In this document: in pieces, positions 35,248 to 48,184 of the stretch
Layout of the letters: each line of letters begins with the position of its first letter
Numbering within the stretch: the first letter of the stretch is position 1
DNA from: Bilabrum cf. latius
Lineage: Eukaryota
DNA length: 64,000 nucleotides
Reading direction: 5' to 3'
Assembly (NCBI GenBank): GCA_965178125.1
Contig: OZ237739.1
Coordinates: 1,488,001 to 1,552,000, forward strand
Notes under the pieces: model-generated
Databases searched by the model: none
Told to the model about the DNA's origin: nothing
The model's input: only the letters and a program-made list of their open reading frames with translations
Made by a program: the position numbers and the translations under genes

Positions 35248-38200
35248 ATGGCAGCAATCGAACCAGACGGGCCAGCTCTTAGCCCCGGATGCACTGCGGT
35301 CTTGAATGCGTGCGAGCAACTAAAAGCCCAACATGTAGACCCCGAAATAAGAAGCATATTCTAGGCTATAGTTGATTATGGTGGTCCGGAGGCCGCTAAG
35401 TAGCTTGATTTAGCGGCCGGGGAGTATCGCAAACTAGCGAGCGAAACGAGAGACGTCAAGAACCACAGCGACCCCGATGAGTCTTCAATGGATGTAGTCG
35501 AGACATCACTCCCAGTATGTTGCGGTATAATGGCTTGTCCTGGGCTCGAGGAGAGCTGCTTTCCAGACTGGATTATCGATCCGCAAGGTCAGATAGTATT
35601 CGAAGCTCACGAAGCGTGTCTCCGCTGCGAAGACGCTATTTCGCTGAGCTGTTTGTGCAACAGGACCAAATTCAGAAGATCATAGCCTCAAACGTGCAGA
35701 CGAGCGTGCTAGTCATGCTGCTAGCAGCAGTTGTGCCGGAGCGCGTGCAAGCGGTTGGTCGAGTCGACATGCTGCAAGCCGGCCCCCGGGTGCTGCCAGC
35801 CGCGCTTCGTGCTGGGCCCTTCGTCGGCGCTCTTCAACCCTCGACTGGGCATCGTGGTGAGCTCTCGCAGCGAGAACATCATCATCGAGTCGTTGCGGCT
35901 GTTCATCAGCTCCCTGCTCATGAGCCTCATGCTCGTGGTCCTGGCCACCGGGCTAGCCTATCGCCTCACCGACAGGTACAGGGACGTGCCGGACGAGGAC
36001 AAGCCCCTGGACCAGAACCTGGTGGTCATAACCATGGTCAACATCGGGGCCGCCCTCCCCGGCATATTCCGGTGGGACATGGTGTTGGTGATCCTGGCCT
36101 CTGTCCTCTCCGTGTCCATGTACACGCTCTGCTCTGTTAGGCGGGACATGGACCGGCTGCAACTGCCCAGGAACGCGGTTGGGGTGCCCGACATGCTGCT
36201 GGGAATCTCTCGCGTGGTCAGCAGCCGCACGTTTATCAGCTACAGCTGGAAGGGGTGCAGGGGCAGGCTCCCGGACGGGCACCCCGCCATGGGCGCACTC
36301 GCCCTCTCTCGGTCGCTTGCCAGGGCTCTCCCCTCTGCGTGGGTGGACGTGCAGTTCATGGAAAATGCAAAGCTCAATCCGCGCACCATGAAGCGGGCCG
36401 TAGAGGGCTCTTTGTCCACGGTGCTGCTGCTCACGCCGGGCTACATGTACTCGCGGTGGTGCCTGCTCGAGTTCATGTTCGCTCTGCAGGAAGCGGCCTC
36501 AATGCAACTGCACCAGTGGAAGGGGATCGCGCCCACGAAGCTGGTGGCATTCGTGCCTGAGGACGGGGAGCTCCCGGGGCTGGAGTGGGACAGGGGGGTC
36601 AAGAGCGAGTGGCCGCCGGGGCCGCACATGGGGCGGGAGCCTCGGCGCAGCTGCGGGCGGGCTGACATCGTGCGTGCCCTCGAGGCTGCGCACATTCCAG
36701 TGGTGGGGCGGGGCCCGGATTTGGTGCAACACCTTCACGAGAACCTGGTCATGTGCCGGGGGGACGCAGTGGAGGAGTCGTGGCGATCCTCCTGCTGCTG
36801 CTGCTGCTGCTGCAGTCGCCAAGGCAGCGGCAGCAACATCAGCACCAGCAGCGCCAGCAGCGTGGCCTCTGGCACCGGCAGCACCCCGCCAGCCTTGCTA
36901 GCCCCAGAGCCAGACTCGAGCAGCCATCGACACCATGGGTCTAGCTCAGGGGGGGGAACTCTCAGTGCAGCGGCCAGCGCTGGCCGCACCCAGTCTGACG
37001 GGACCTCGTCGTCTTCCATCAACCCCCTGGCCATGGTGCTGGCTGATGGCGGGCAGTCTGCAGGGCTGGAGATGTCTCCAGTGACACCGAGTACTCCTGG
37101 TGACAGTGGGTGGTACCCAGGGATGCAGATGCGTGCCTCTGGCGAATTGGAGAGCACGCAGCAGGAGGCGGCTGCCAAGGAAGAGGAAGAAGAGGAGGAG
37201 GAGGCGGAGGAGGAGGAGGGTATGGACGACGAGACGAATGGCAGAAGACACAGTCTCGCAGAGGAACACGACCTCGAGGAGCGAGTGGCAGGCACTGGCA
37301 GCACCGGGGGCAGTCCCCGCCCCAAGGCGTTCCATCGCCCGTCTGTTGCTTCTTTGCCGCCACAGCCCGGCCCCACATCGCGGGCCCCGGTCTCATCCAT
37401 GCGCCAGTCCAGGGTCTAGCAGATGGAGGGGAGCACCAATAGCAATGGAGAGATGGACTGGGCGGCTGCACAAAGCGGTTTGGTGCAAGTCCCTGGAGGG
37501 TCGACAGCCCTTGCTCCCGCTCCTGCTCCCTCCTCGCTGGTGGCCCCTGGAAGCCCCCCTCTCGAGCACCAGCACCACCACGTGCTGGACCAGGAGGCTG
37601 CCTTCACGTGGTGGAGCAGATCACAGCGGCTAGAGGACTACCACCAGGAGGCGGTGCGCACGCTATCCGTGCCAACCAAGGCGCTGGAGGCGGGGAGTGC
37701 TCCGCGAGACACTGACATGGGCGGAGAGGGGATGCAGGACGCACCGCCCTCGTGCGGGGGCAGGCGCTGCTGCTGGATGACGTGCCCGACATGCGCCTGC
37801 TGCAGCTGCAGGTCGCTGTGGTACTGCCACAACCGGTGCTGCCACTGGGACAGGTACCAGCTGTGCACCCGCACCGTGTTCTCTGGCAGGCTGTACATGA
37901 CGCGGGACGGCAGCAAGGTGGGCATCAGGACGAGGTGCGCCCCCGCGCTTGGCTGGCTGCTGATCCAGGCCAGTCTCATCGCTTACTCCCTAGGTCACAT
38001 ATTCATCGCGCGCTTCTTGTGGAAGAACCCAGTGGCGGCCACTTTGCCTTTGGTGGGTCTCCCCATCGTGCTGCTGGCCACCGCGGTGCAGTTCCTTGAG
38101 GCGGACGCGCGCAACGACACGGACTGGAGGTATCAGCACTCGATGCAGATGCATAAGCTGCTGCTGGCCAGGCAAATATCACTTCGGCTGTCTTCGCCCA

Positions 38201-39318
38201 GGCGCCTGCGCATCGCCATCATGGTGGGCCCAGACATCCAGCGGCTGCCCACGTCCGTGCGGGGCACTCGCAACTTCTTGCGAGCCGTCGGGTTCGGGGT
38301 GGGCATCTATCGGCTTTCGCGGGAGAAGAAACAGCGCATGGTGCGCATGTCGCAGTCGAATGGAGGCGCAGGCACCGCAGCAAAGTCAATCTACGCGTGG
38401 CGGCTGGTGGAAGGCTCCGGTGCAGATCTCCCCGCTGGTCAGATCGGGTCCATGGAGGCGGGCCAGCAGCCCGAGTCATTCAACCAGCAGATTGGGCCTG
38501 CCACCACGAATCCGAGCGGGAAGTCCGAGCACGGGTTTGCTCGGGAGGTCCGCTCCGATTGCCTCCAGCCGCACGTAGTGTATCTGTTCGTGGTCATGGA
38601 GGAGGAGGAGGGCGCCGCGTTCATCAGCGTGGAGGACGGCAGGGCGCAGGCCGCCCTCGCCGCGCACGAGAGATTCGTAACCAGCCCAACAGAGCTGAGT
38701 CGCCGCTTGCTGGTGGTGCTGCAGCCAGAGTAGCCCAGGGCGGCGGGCGGGGGCAAGGGCTCAACCCGAAGGGGGGGACCTGGCCCGACGGAGGGTGAGC
38801 GGCTGCTCAAAGCGCTCGAGTCCAAGGTGGCGCCTGCGCTGCACAATGGAGATGGCAACTGTAATGGACTGGGGGGTACTGGCAGAGAAAAGACTGGTGG
38901 AAGCTAGAATGGGTACATCGGCAGCTTGGCCAGCAGCAGCAGCACTGGTCGGCAGCCCGTTGCCCAGCCGGTGGCGGGCCATTCTCACCACCACCTCGGT
39001 AGTCGCTCTGGGTCCCTGGTGGTGAGCCCGGGGATCTCAGGGCTGGCAGTGGCTCAGAGCACGGGGGCGCCGTTCGCGCCCCATGGACATGGCAAGGGGG
39101 TGGGCGGCGGGGGGGGCGCCAGCGCGCTGGCAGGCTCGCCTCTCTGCCAGCTGGATGTGCCCGCCGTGATGGGAAAGCACAGCAAGGTGCGCACGGGCTA
39201 CGCGCGCGAACCGTGGACAGGCGACGAGAAGCCCACCCTCCTGGGCAGCAGCCTCGGGCAGCTGGGGGTCGGCGTACTGGAGGCAGGGCCGGGGGAGGCT
39301 GCTGGCACCGAAGTGTGA
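35248..39318 (+). CDS. Membrane protein with a TIR (TIR_2-like) domain, ~1356 aa
   Basis: Hydrophobic helices at ~35890-36130, then TFISYSW...AWVDV...MKRAVEGS..VLLLTPGYMYSRWCLLEF. Further hydrophobic helices at ~37940-38100. One frame with 8 TAGs. Ends TGA. Confidence 0.75.
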
Positions 39319-39549
39319 GCGTCTAGATCGATACCGCAACACACCTCGGTGCTAGTTACCTCGGTATCTTTTCCTGGCAGAAATTAATTGAGAAAACAAG
39401 GACATTCCACTGAGTTTGTTGTGCGTAACAATGTTTTAAACAATAGGTGATTACAGTCAGGCTGCTGTAGGACTAGCAGCGCAACTCGATTCGGCGACAT
39501 GGGACCATTGAAATCATCCAGATCTGATCTAGCAAATCATTGGAGCAAA

Positions 39550-41231
39550 TCAGGACGACACAGACGCTGCCCCACCCACCGCGGCCGCTCCATCTTCCCT
39601 CCCCTCCGCGGGTGCCTTCGCGTACTCGCCGGTGGGAGGCCCGGGCAGCTTTGGCGCGGGCGTGTTGAGGTCACCCGCAGTCCACGCGGTCATCAAATCA
39701 CCCGCTTTGAGCCACCCGATGATAAACTCCGGGGGCTGCGAGCCTCCGGGGACCATGCCTACCCCGGTCGTGTGCCCGATAGGGATCATGGCGTGCGGCT
39801 CGAGCACCTTGAGGTCCTTCAGCCGGGGGCCCGCGGCGGAGGGAACACCCAAGGAGGTACGCTCCTCGTGACCCTCCGGCAGCTCCGCCAGAGCGGTTGC
39901 AACCGCCTCGATGTTCCCCGCCAGGATGGGGGCTGCTTCCTTGGCCTGGTAGGCCGTCCTGGTCATGCCCTCCAGCATGGCGCAGTCGCCCACGGCGAAC
40001 AGACGGCTGCTGAGGGGCTTGCGCGGGTCAGCTGCAGAGGCCACCATGCCTTGCTTGGTGATGGCGATGCCCCCTCTGCTGGCGGCCTGCTTGAGTCCCT
40101 CCCAGTCAGAGTCAGCGGCGGGGCCCACCAGAGGGGCAGCCCCCCTCGCGTTGATCACTAGGTCCACCTCGATCGACTCCGAGGCGGCCCCTTTCGCAGC
40201 TCCGCTGCCGTTCTCCAGTCGCAGAGTGAGGGCCTCCCCCTTCCCCGCGGCCCGCAGCACCCCCTGCGCCACTTCCTGCGCCTGCTCCTGGTCCGGAACC
40301 CCCCTGCGGCCCATGCGCACCTCGATGCCCTCCTTCTCCAGGCGGGCCAGGGCCACGCCGGCGAAATTCTCCATGTTCTTGTCCGGGTGGTTGTTGGCCT
40401 TGTCAGAGAACAGGCGGGGCCCCGAGTGGACGAGCACGACCTGCTTGCCTGGGTATGCTGCCTTGATCTCGAAGCTGAGCTCCACGCCCACCGCGCCGCC
40501 GCCCACGACCGCCACGCGCCCGGCGCCCTTCACTGCATCCGCAATCTTTGCAAAAGTCTCGATTCCAGATGCTTTATCGGCCGAATCCGGCTTTGCGGGT
40601 CCTTTTTGCCTTGAACCCGTGCAAAGCGCCACGAAATCGAACCCCTGAGACTCCACTGCTCCATCCGCGCGCTTGTAATGAACCACATGCCTCGAAGCTT
40701 CTCCCTCAGAGATTTTGATTACTTCAGCGCGAACGACTCGTCCATTCGGAGCGGGCAGAAGCTTGTCGTATGGCAAAAATGCAGCGGCGTCGGCGAAGCC
40801 AGGCCACACCGCGCTCCTTGCGCCTGCCATCGCATGAAACAGGGCATCCCTCTTATCGAACAAAGATACCTGCGTATTATATTTGGCCAAGGCGCTTGGG
40901 TCGTAGCCTTTCTGATGTAGCCCGGGGTTAAACGATAGATGTCGCAGCGGGCAATCTGTACGGCATAGCGGGGATTCCCCGGCTGTAGCGCACCATCAAA
41001 TTCGGGACCAGCGACCCGATTGAACCGTATCAAAGCATCATTTAAGATGATAAGCTGCCCCACGGCAGCAGCGCTACTGGAGACAGCCACCTAGAATATC
41101 GTACTGTGTCTACTTACCTGCATGCCACTCTTTGCCAATTTACTAGCGACCGCAGCACCCGCGTACCCACCACCGATGACTGCAGCTGTCATTGACTTGG
41201 CTTGCTCGGGCAGCGAGCGTCCACATCCCAT
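39550..41231 (-). CDS. AIFM2/FSP1-like FAD/NAD(P)H oxidoreductase, ~477 aa, intron 40870-41117
   Basis: Exon 1 MGCGRS...VIGGGYAGAAVA (FAD motif) is spliced GTAAGT..ACGCAG to VSLFDKRD. Also VVGGGAVGVEL (NAD motif), YPGKQVVLVHS and LFAVGD. Ends TGA. Confidence 0.82.
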
Positions 41232-41338
41232 GTTTACAGCGAAAGCTTGAACTGTGAAGGTGACTGGTCACTGCCAAGGGTCGCACGTCTATGACGTCAG
41301 AGAAGCATCCAGCGAACTCCACAGAACCTTCACTATGC

Positions 41339-42217
41339 TTAGATACCAAGCTTGCGAAACAGTAGGTAGAGGAACGTGCAGACGCACAAACCAACGACGA
41401 CTGCCACAATCAAACCGTCTCGCTGCCTCCGGTTGTGGATGGCTCGCAGCAGGCGGCTCACGCCCGGCAGCTGAGAGGCCATCTGCTCCAGGCCACCCAG
41501 CGTGCCGCCCAGGCTGCCGCCCTGTTGGTCAAGAGACTGCTGACCCTCTGTTGCCTGGCTGCGGGTAGTCCAGGATATCATGGTGGCACGGTTGCCGCGA
41601 CATGTATTGAGAATGATTATTGCTGCAAGGCTGCCGTTGCTCGTCACAGCTAACTCACCTGGCCATCTCGCCGATTGTACGGGCTGCGGCCTGGATTCCA
41701 CCTCGTTCCCGAAGTAGTGCGTGCTCGACTTCCTCGTCGTGCCCGGACCGAGCCGCACCGGCTCCAGCAAGCAAGTCTCGATGGTCCAGGTACCGTCGAA
41801 TCTGTTCTGAAACCCTATTGAACCGAGACATGACGTCCTGCAGCAATTGATGAATGGGCATAGGTCTAAAGAATACATTCCAACGATAAGGTTCGCAACA
41901 GAGCGCTCCATCCATGGACTCACAGCTGTGCTGTCCGCGTATCTCTGCGCAACTTCCATTTCTGGCCCTGGCTATTGTGCGGAGGGATGGGAACCCAATT
42001 CCCGCACAGTATTCTATAGTTCAACCATTTTGGATCTGGCAGCTTGTACTCTGCCTAGTATGGCTGCACTATCCAGGCTGTCGGAGGCTGAAGTCGGACT
42101 GCTTCTCGAACTTGATTTGTCCCTTAATCCATCTCCAATTGACCCGAGCTCGTCGATCATTCGCTCCACGCGAGGGTGTAGATGAATTGCCTGCCTCTTT
42201 ACGCTATTCCACTCCAT
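41339..42217 (-). CDS. GOSR1: Golgi Qb-SNARE Gos1/GOSR1-like, ~230 aa, introns 41838-41923 and 41559-41658
   Basis: MEWNSVKRQA..., QRYADSTA|DVMSRF, LLRERGGI, QLPGVSRLLRAIHNRRQRDGLIVAVVVGLCV tail anchor. TAG at 42014 and 41972. Ends TAA directly after the TM tail. Confidence 0.8.
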
Positions 42218-42346
42218 CTTGAAGAGTTGCGAGCCTCGGACTTGCGGCCAAGCCATGATGATTCAGGGTTACAACCGCCGCTTCCGAAGTTATGTTGCTG
42301 TGATGATGCGAGGTAGCCATCACAGGCGGCGCACTGGGTTCAAAAT

Positions 42347-44560
42347 ATGTCAGAATCCCTTCTGCACGCGGCATAGCGCGGCGACGATGCGCTGGCAAGA
42401 TCCCTACTGGAAGGCGGAGCGGTGCCGGATGGCCACAGCACAACGGACGGGAAGACGGCTCTCATGGCCGCTGCCTCCGGCGGGTTCAAAAGCATAGTGA
42501 ATCTGTTGCTGACTGCCAAGCAAGCTCGAGCTTCTACATCAGCTCAGGATAAGCAGGGCTTCACCGCGTTGCACCATGCAGCTTTCAACGGGCATGCGTC
42601 AATTTGTCTCGTCTTGCTCTTTTATGGAGCGTTACCTGAAACAACCGATAATGCAGGTAGTACAGCTATGGATGCTGCCAGAGCGAATGGGTCAGTCCAA
42701 CTGAGCGCCACACCAACCAGCATTCCAGCACTGCCTAGAGTCAATGCACGACACGCTATCGCTCGTCAAGTCTGTCGTTTCTAGCATCGCCGCAGTCATA
42801 CCGGGCTAATATAGTCAATATCTAGGAGGATGCCGGAGATACGTCTTCCAGCTCCGCCGGATCCCCCGGTTCTGGTTCGTCGCGCTCCCGGGGAGCTCGT
42901 GATCCAATGGGACTCTGGCAGTCCCGCTTCGAGCGCGCCTGCTGCTTCCTCACAAGGCAGTGGCGGCGGTCTTTTGGACGTTGCAGGTTACCAGGTGCAG
43001 ATTGCTCAGCTACCAATGAAGTCATGGCGCGACGTGGGCCACCTGAAAGCAGGCGCAGCCCCCGACGGCAGCAAAGGGAGGGTCGGCGCAGCCAAGCGCA
43101 AGGTTCGAGTGGCGCGGTTGCAACCGGGGCAGTCGTACGTGACTAGAGTGCGCGCACAAAACGGGTATGGGTGGGGCGACTGGTCCGAGGAAAGCGCCGC
43201 GATGCAGACTGAAGCAGCATCGGATGGGGCCGGCGCCGACTCGAGTAGACGCAGCCGCGAGGACGGCAAGGGACAGGGGCGTAAGGAAGGGGACAAGCCG
43301 CCGGGGCTGTTCTGGGGCCGTCCTGTGCGGGAGGATGCAGAAGAGTCAGGAGGACGCAAGTTTGGCCGCGTCTCCCCCCTGTCCGGCTCGCAGCCATCGA
43401 GCGCGAGAGAGAGTCGTGGTCGGGCTGGGGCCAGCACTGGAGCCGCGGTCAAGGGCCAGGGTATCAGCAAGCAAATGGGATCATTTGGCCGAGGCATGGA
43501 TCTGGATATTGACTCGGATGGTCTAGGGATGATGTCTGGTGACCCGCCCTACGGAGACGACGACGTGCCGTCCCTTGCGTCTAGTCAGGAGCTGCCGTCA
43601 CCAGTGGGTGGCAGCAGAAGCACCATAGGCCAACTGCTCAGGGCCAGTAGACACGGCAAGGGAGGTGCATCTGTGGGATCAATGTCCGGTGATCTGGACG
43701 CCTCCACGGAGGACGGTGGGAGCCGTCGAAAGGGGGGTGACGATGGTGTGGCACCCGTGCTCAGCAGGCTGGGCAACCACGGGAGCAGCGAGTCTTGGGC
43801 CAGCAGGGGTGAGGCTGGCAACAAAGGGAGCGGGCCGGAACCGCTGGGAGGGAACGCACAGGGAATGCGGCCAAGCAAAGGGGACTCAAGCAAAGGCGGT
43901 GGCAGCCCCCGCGTGGACGCCCCGCGGGTCAACCCGATGGAGAGGGAGCTTCGGGCAGCCCTCGACGGGACAAAAAGGTAGTTGCGGCACGAAAGGATGC
44001 TGCGACACGAGTTAGAGAAGCAAGTGGCATCTGTTGAGCTACGGGCACGTCGGGCGGAGAGGTAGGCCAAGGCTGCGGAGGCGAGCAGTAGCAGTGGCAC
44101 TGCTTCGGGCCCGCAGAGTAAGACAGACCAAAGGCCGGCAGGCGGTAGCGCTGCTGCCAGTGGTGGTAAGGCTGCGCAAGGCACGGATGGTGCTGCCAGC
44201 GCCCCATCCCTTCGGCTGCACACTCGATCTGAGCTCCGGGGCATGACCCTCGGCGAGCTTTCGTCGGTGCAGCGGAGGATGGAGGCCTCGCTAGATGTTG
44301 TGCGAGAGGTGCGCGAGGCGCGGCTGCTTCAGGACAAGAAGCAGGGGCTTAGAACGTGCGTTGTGTGCAAGGCGAGGCCGCGGTGCGTCGTTATGCTCCC
44401 ATGCAAACACATGGTGGCCTGCCGCACGTGCACTGATCGACTTGTGGCGGATGCAGCCGTGGCGCCAGACCCGGAGGGGTCCGCTGATCCCATGCTGGGG
44501 TCATTCAAGTGCCCCCAGTGCAGGGCGGTCGTCGATTCGGTTGTTGATGTGTTCTTCTGA
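42347..44560 (+). CDS. Ankyrin repeat + fibronectin type III + coiled coil + C-terminal RING-HC protein (putative E3 ligase), ~702 aa, probable intron 42691-42795
   Basis: GKTALMAAA and GFTALHHAAFNGH ankyrins, FN3 LQPGQSYVTRVRAQNGYGWGDWSEES, RING CVVC...LPCKHMVACRTC...CPQCR. Four TAGs (42374, 42812, 43979, 44063). Ends TGA. Confidence 0.82.
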
Positions 44561-44668
44561 CAACCGCATTGGATGGTAGAGCACTGAATGCTGTGCGGGC
44601 AAAGCCACTCACAATCTCCTGACTGTTGATGCACATGCACATGGATGTACCGACCAAGTTGTTTCGAG

Positions 44669-46909
44669 TCACAGTAGCAGACCAGACCCTGCCGAGCTGC
44701 CATCTCCCACAGGGCCACTTGCGACACTCCCGACTCGAACGGAATCCTCCTTATCTACACGAGCCCTTTTCTGCGATGCTTCTCCAGTGCCTGCTCGGTT
44801 CGTCTCCTGTTCCGCCCCAGAATCGGTCGAAGCTGATTCGGACGACTCCGACGCCCCACCCGCTGCTCCTGCTTCTCTCCGCGCTGGGGTGCGCTCGGGG
44901 GTGTCTTCGGACCACCCACGAGCGACTGCGGCGGGCTTATCAAGGCGCAGGCACGGCCTTCTTTGCTCTGCTGCCTGAAGCTCACCGCGAGTCTCCACCT
45001 TGGTGAGCAGATCCTCCAGAAAGTCTAGCCGGTGCCAGAACACGAGAATCTTGTGTCTGGCATCGCAGGGGCACAGCTCATCCATATGCCTTGGCTTCGC
45101 CACGCGCTGCTCCTCTTCTTCGTCAACGGGGGCCTCCTCGATGCCCATTTCTTGCAACTCTAGCAGGCGCTCCTTACGTCGTGCATGGCACGCCATCCGC
45201 TGCCTCTACGCTTCCAGGCGGCAAGCCTTGGAGTAGCAAACCACAGCTGAAAGATAGCACATCTTCTTGGTGACCACGCAGTCGTACCTGGGCTCGTGAC
45301 CCTTGAGTTCAACCGCCCGGCCCGCGCCCCCAGTTGTTCGGGTGAACGCCTCACGCTGCCGGCTCTCCTCCCTGATGATCCGGCGGAGCTCATTCGCTAC
45401 CCGACGGCACGTGTCGGGTTCGTACTCCATGTGGTGCATGGCCATTTTGATCACCAGCTCCTCTAGGGAGACGCACACCGGGCGAGCCCCTCTACTCACA
45501 CTGTAGTCTAGTACGGATTGCCGGCCGTATGGCAGCCAATCTGGCAGGGCAAAGTTGCACGCCTCGGCCACATTGAAGCCGTGCGAAAACCCGCCATGAT
45601 ACGCCTATGGGAAGGTGATCACAAACTAGCCAGGCTCCTGCAGCAGCTTGCACACGCGAACCCCAGCGGCCTTCAATATGGACGGTGGGATCACCGTTGT
45701 CATATGATGCAGCAAGTCCGGGTGTTCTTCCATGCGCTCGTGCACGAACTGGCGCATCGTCTCCTGAAACAGCTTGTAGTCGTCTGGGGCGATGCCGTAC
45801 CACTGCTTACCCTCGCCGTGAAACATGTAGTTCACGCTGTAAAAGTACTAGTCCTCCAGGTGAAACGCGAAAGAGGCAAAGATCATACCGGAATACAACC
45901 AAGGCACGTTGATGCCAGCAGTCTCCTCGTGTATGTGCCGAATGGGGCTGCCCTGCAAGTAAGGCATGTTGTTGATGTTCCAGCCCGTATTCTTGTAGTA
46001 ATCTGGCGAGCTGAGGTCCACAGGCAGCTCGCTAGGAGGCGTGAATTCGCCCCGCGAGGACGGTAGCGGGAACCCCGACCCGTAAATCCGAGTGTCCTGA
46101 TCGTTGCCATACTCGACACACAGTTCTGTCTTGCCAGTCTCCACAATGTCCCAGTACTCTTGCTCGACACGTGCAGCCATCATGGCTACCTTGGATACCG
46201 GGAGGGGCCTGCTCGCGAAAGGAGGCGTGCGCACAGGGATGCCCCCGGGGCTGCTACTGCTGGACGACTAGCCCGCCCCCGAAGCTGCCTGGCTCGGGGA
46301 GGTGCTGGGTTGGCCACCGACACCCACGCAGTCACCTTTGCTTGCCGCTGGAGGTACGGCTCGCGAAGGCAGCAGGTGCGGGAAGTGGGTCTCTTTGAAA
46401 CGGTTGGCCATGGCCATGTACTCCAGAAGGGTATAGTTACGCCCATCTGGAAATGGTAAACCCTGCTGGAGGGAGTGCACCGCTTGCCGTCGGGTGGAGA
46501 ATTTTCGGCTCATAACATCCGTTGACAGCCCGCACGGCGGGTTCCACCCCTCTGGCGGCACTATCCTCACGATGCCGTACTTGTACCCGGCCTCAGAAAT
46601 GCTTCGGATGTACTTCATTGGATCTCGCCACTCCTCCGCGGTCGGCGTGAAGCATGGCGCCTCCGGGATATCAACTTCTCTGACGCGGGACTTGTCCAGC
46701 TTGGACCTGTCCATGGCCACCTGCAACATGCGCTGTTCCGCAGCGCTCATGCCGACATCACATTGAGCCGCAGCTCGGCTTGACTGCACTCGCCTACGCT
46801 TGCGTCCGGCATGTTGAGATGCCGCACTGGCAGGTTCGGCCAGGGCCTGCAAGCCCTGCTTGGGTTGTTCCCCAGCACCGGCCGGGTTCATGCCTGCGAC
46901 CGCCTCCAT
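44669..46909 (-). CDS. KDM5/JARID1-family JmjN-JmjC histone demethylase with C5HC2-like zinc finger, no ARID/PHD seen, ~746 aa
   Basis: Jmj[19 protein letters not shown]...GIVRIVPP, and Jmj[53 protein letters not shown]. Five TAGs (46268, 45848, 45626, 45605, 45206). Ends TGA. Confidence 0.9.
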
Positions 46910-48184
46910 GCTGCACTTTGTTGTGATACTATTGTAACCTTAATCGACTCTACAGACCCTTCGCTGCAGTTGAACAGTAAAAAGTGAGCAATGCGCTCGT
47001 TGGGAACAGGTCAAACCAGGTAAACCTTGCCTGACTAGGGGGAAGAAGAATCGGGAAATGTGATCCAGTCTAGAATCTGCGTATATAATCAATGGATGGA
47101 GTGTCATGAAGGCTCGTCCGGCTGTGCACAAACAGAGCAAGGCATTGGCCCAGCCCCCATGTGGAAACGGTACCGCTGGACAGGCGGCCGATCGGCAATA
47201 GCGCGCCTCGAAGATCTTCGCATCAGAGCAAGGAGATACCCGTTAAGCACAAGCATGCTGTTGTATACTAATATACAAACCACTTTGCACTCGTACCAAG
47301 TATAGACCCGCACAGTAGGACGCACGCGGTCCCAGAGCAAAGCACCAGCTGAGCAAATGATGAACGCCCTGGATAACACTAAGCCCAACGCCCACAGTGC
47401 TATTCCAAACAAACTCTAAAACCAAAAACACAGGGCGAAATTCCGTAGGGGATTGAGGCTTTTATAGCGAGCGGCGATGCCAGAAAGATGCGTTGGGGTC
47501 ACACAAGAAAAATCAGACAACAGCATTTGCTGGAATAACAGGTGTGCACCGTTGCAGCAAGCCTAAAAATACCCCAGTGATTATAACGTTCGTACTGATA
47601 ATCTATTCATTCAGAAACACATTGCACACGCTGTTTCAGAAGGCCAGAGCAAGCTCCAGCAACGGACCTGCCCTGCACCGGTTAACGCGAGGTTACGACA
47701 CCAAACAGCACCAAATTCGATATAAAACGCATGAAATTAATATTTTAAAGAATACGCCGAACGTACAATTACTCACACCTAAAATTAGGAGTAAAATGGC
47801 GGTGATAGGTCCCTGAACGCCCAGAGCGCCCGGCTTAAAACATCACGCAACTTATCCTCTAAATGATGTAACGTGTACATACTACATTTAGTTGCCATTG
47901 GGTACATTTTAGGCGCTGGGCGTCGCTAGTCCGCGACATGTCTAGCTCAAGTTAGAAAATATTTTATATTTGTAATGCGTTTATCTTCCATTTCAAAGAA
48001 AGTGTCAAGGCCGTTTCTCATGGTCCTAAAGTAGAGTGCTAAGTTCCCATCTGCTTGCTTTTTTCGTGGTGAACAGCCATACATCGGCTTTTGGTCGGTA
48101 ATTCAATTCACTTGGTTTTAATATTGACTTTGCACATACGTTTCTGGGATAAATTGTCTAGAATTATAAATTCATGCCTGCCAT

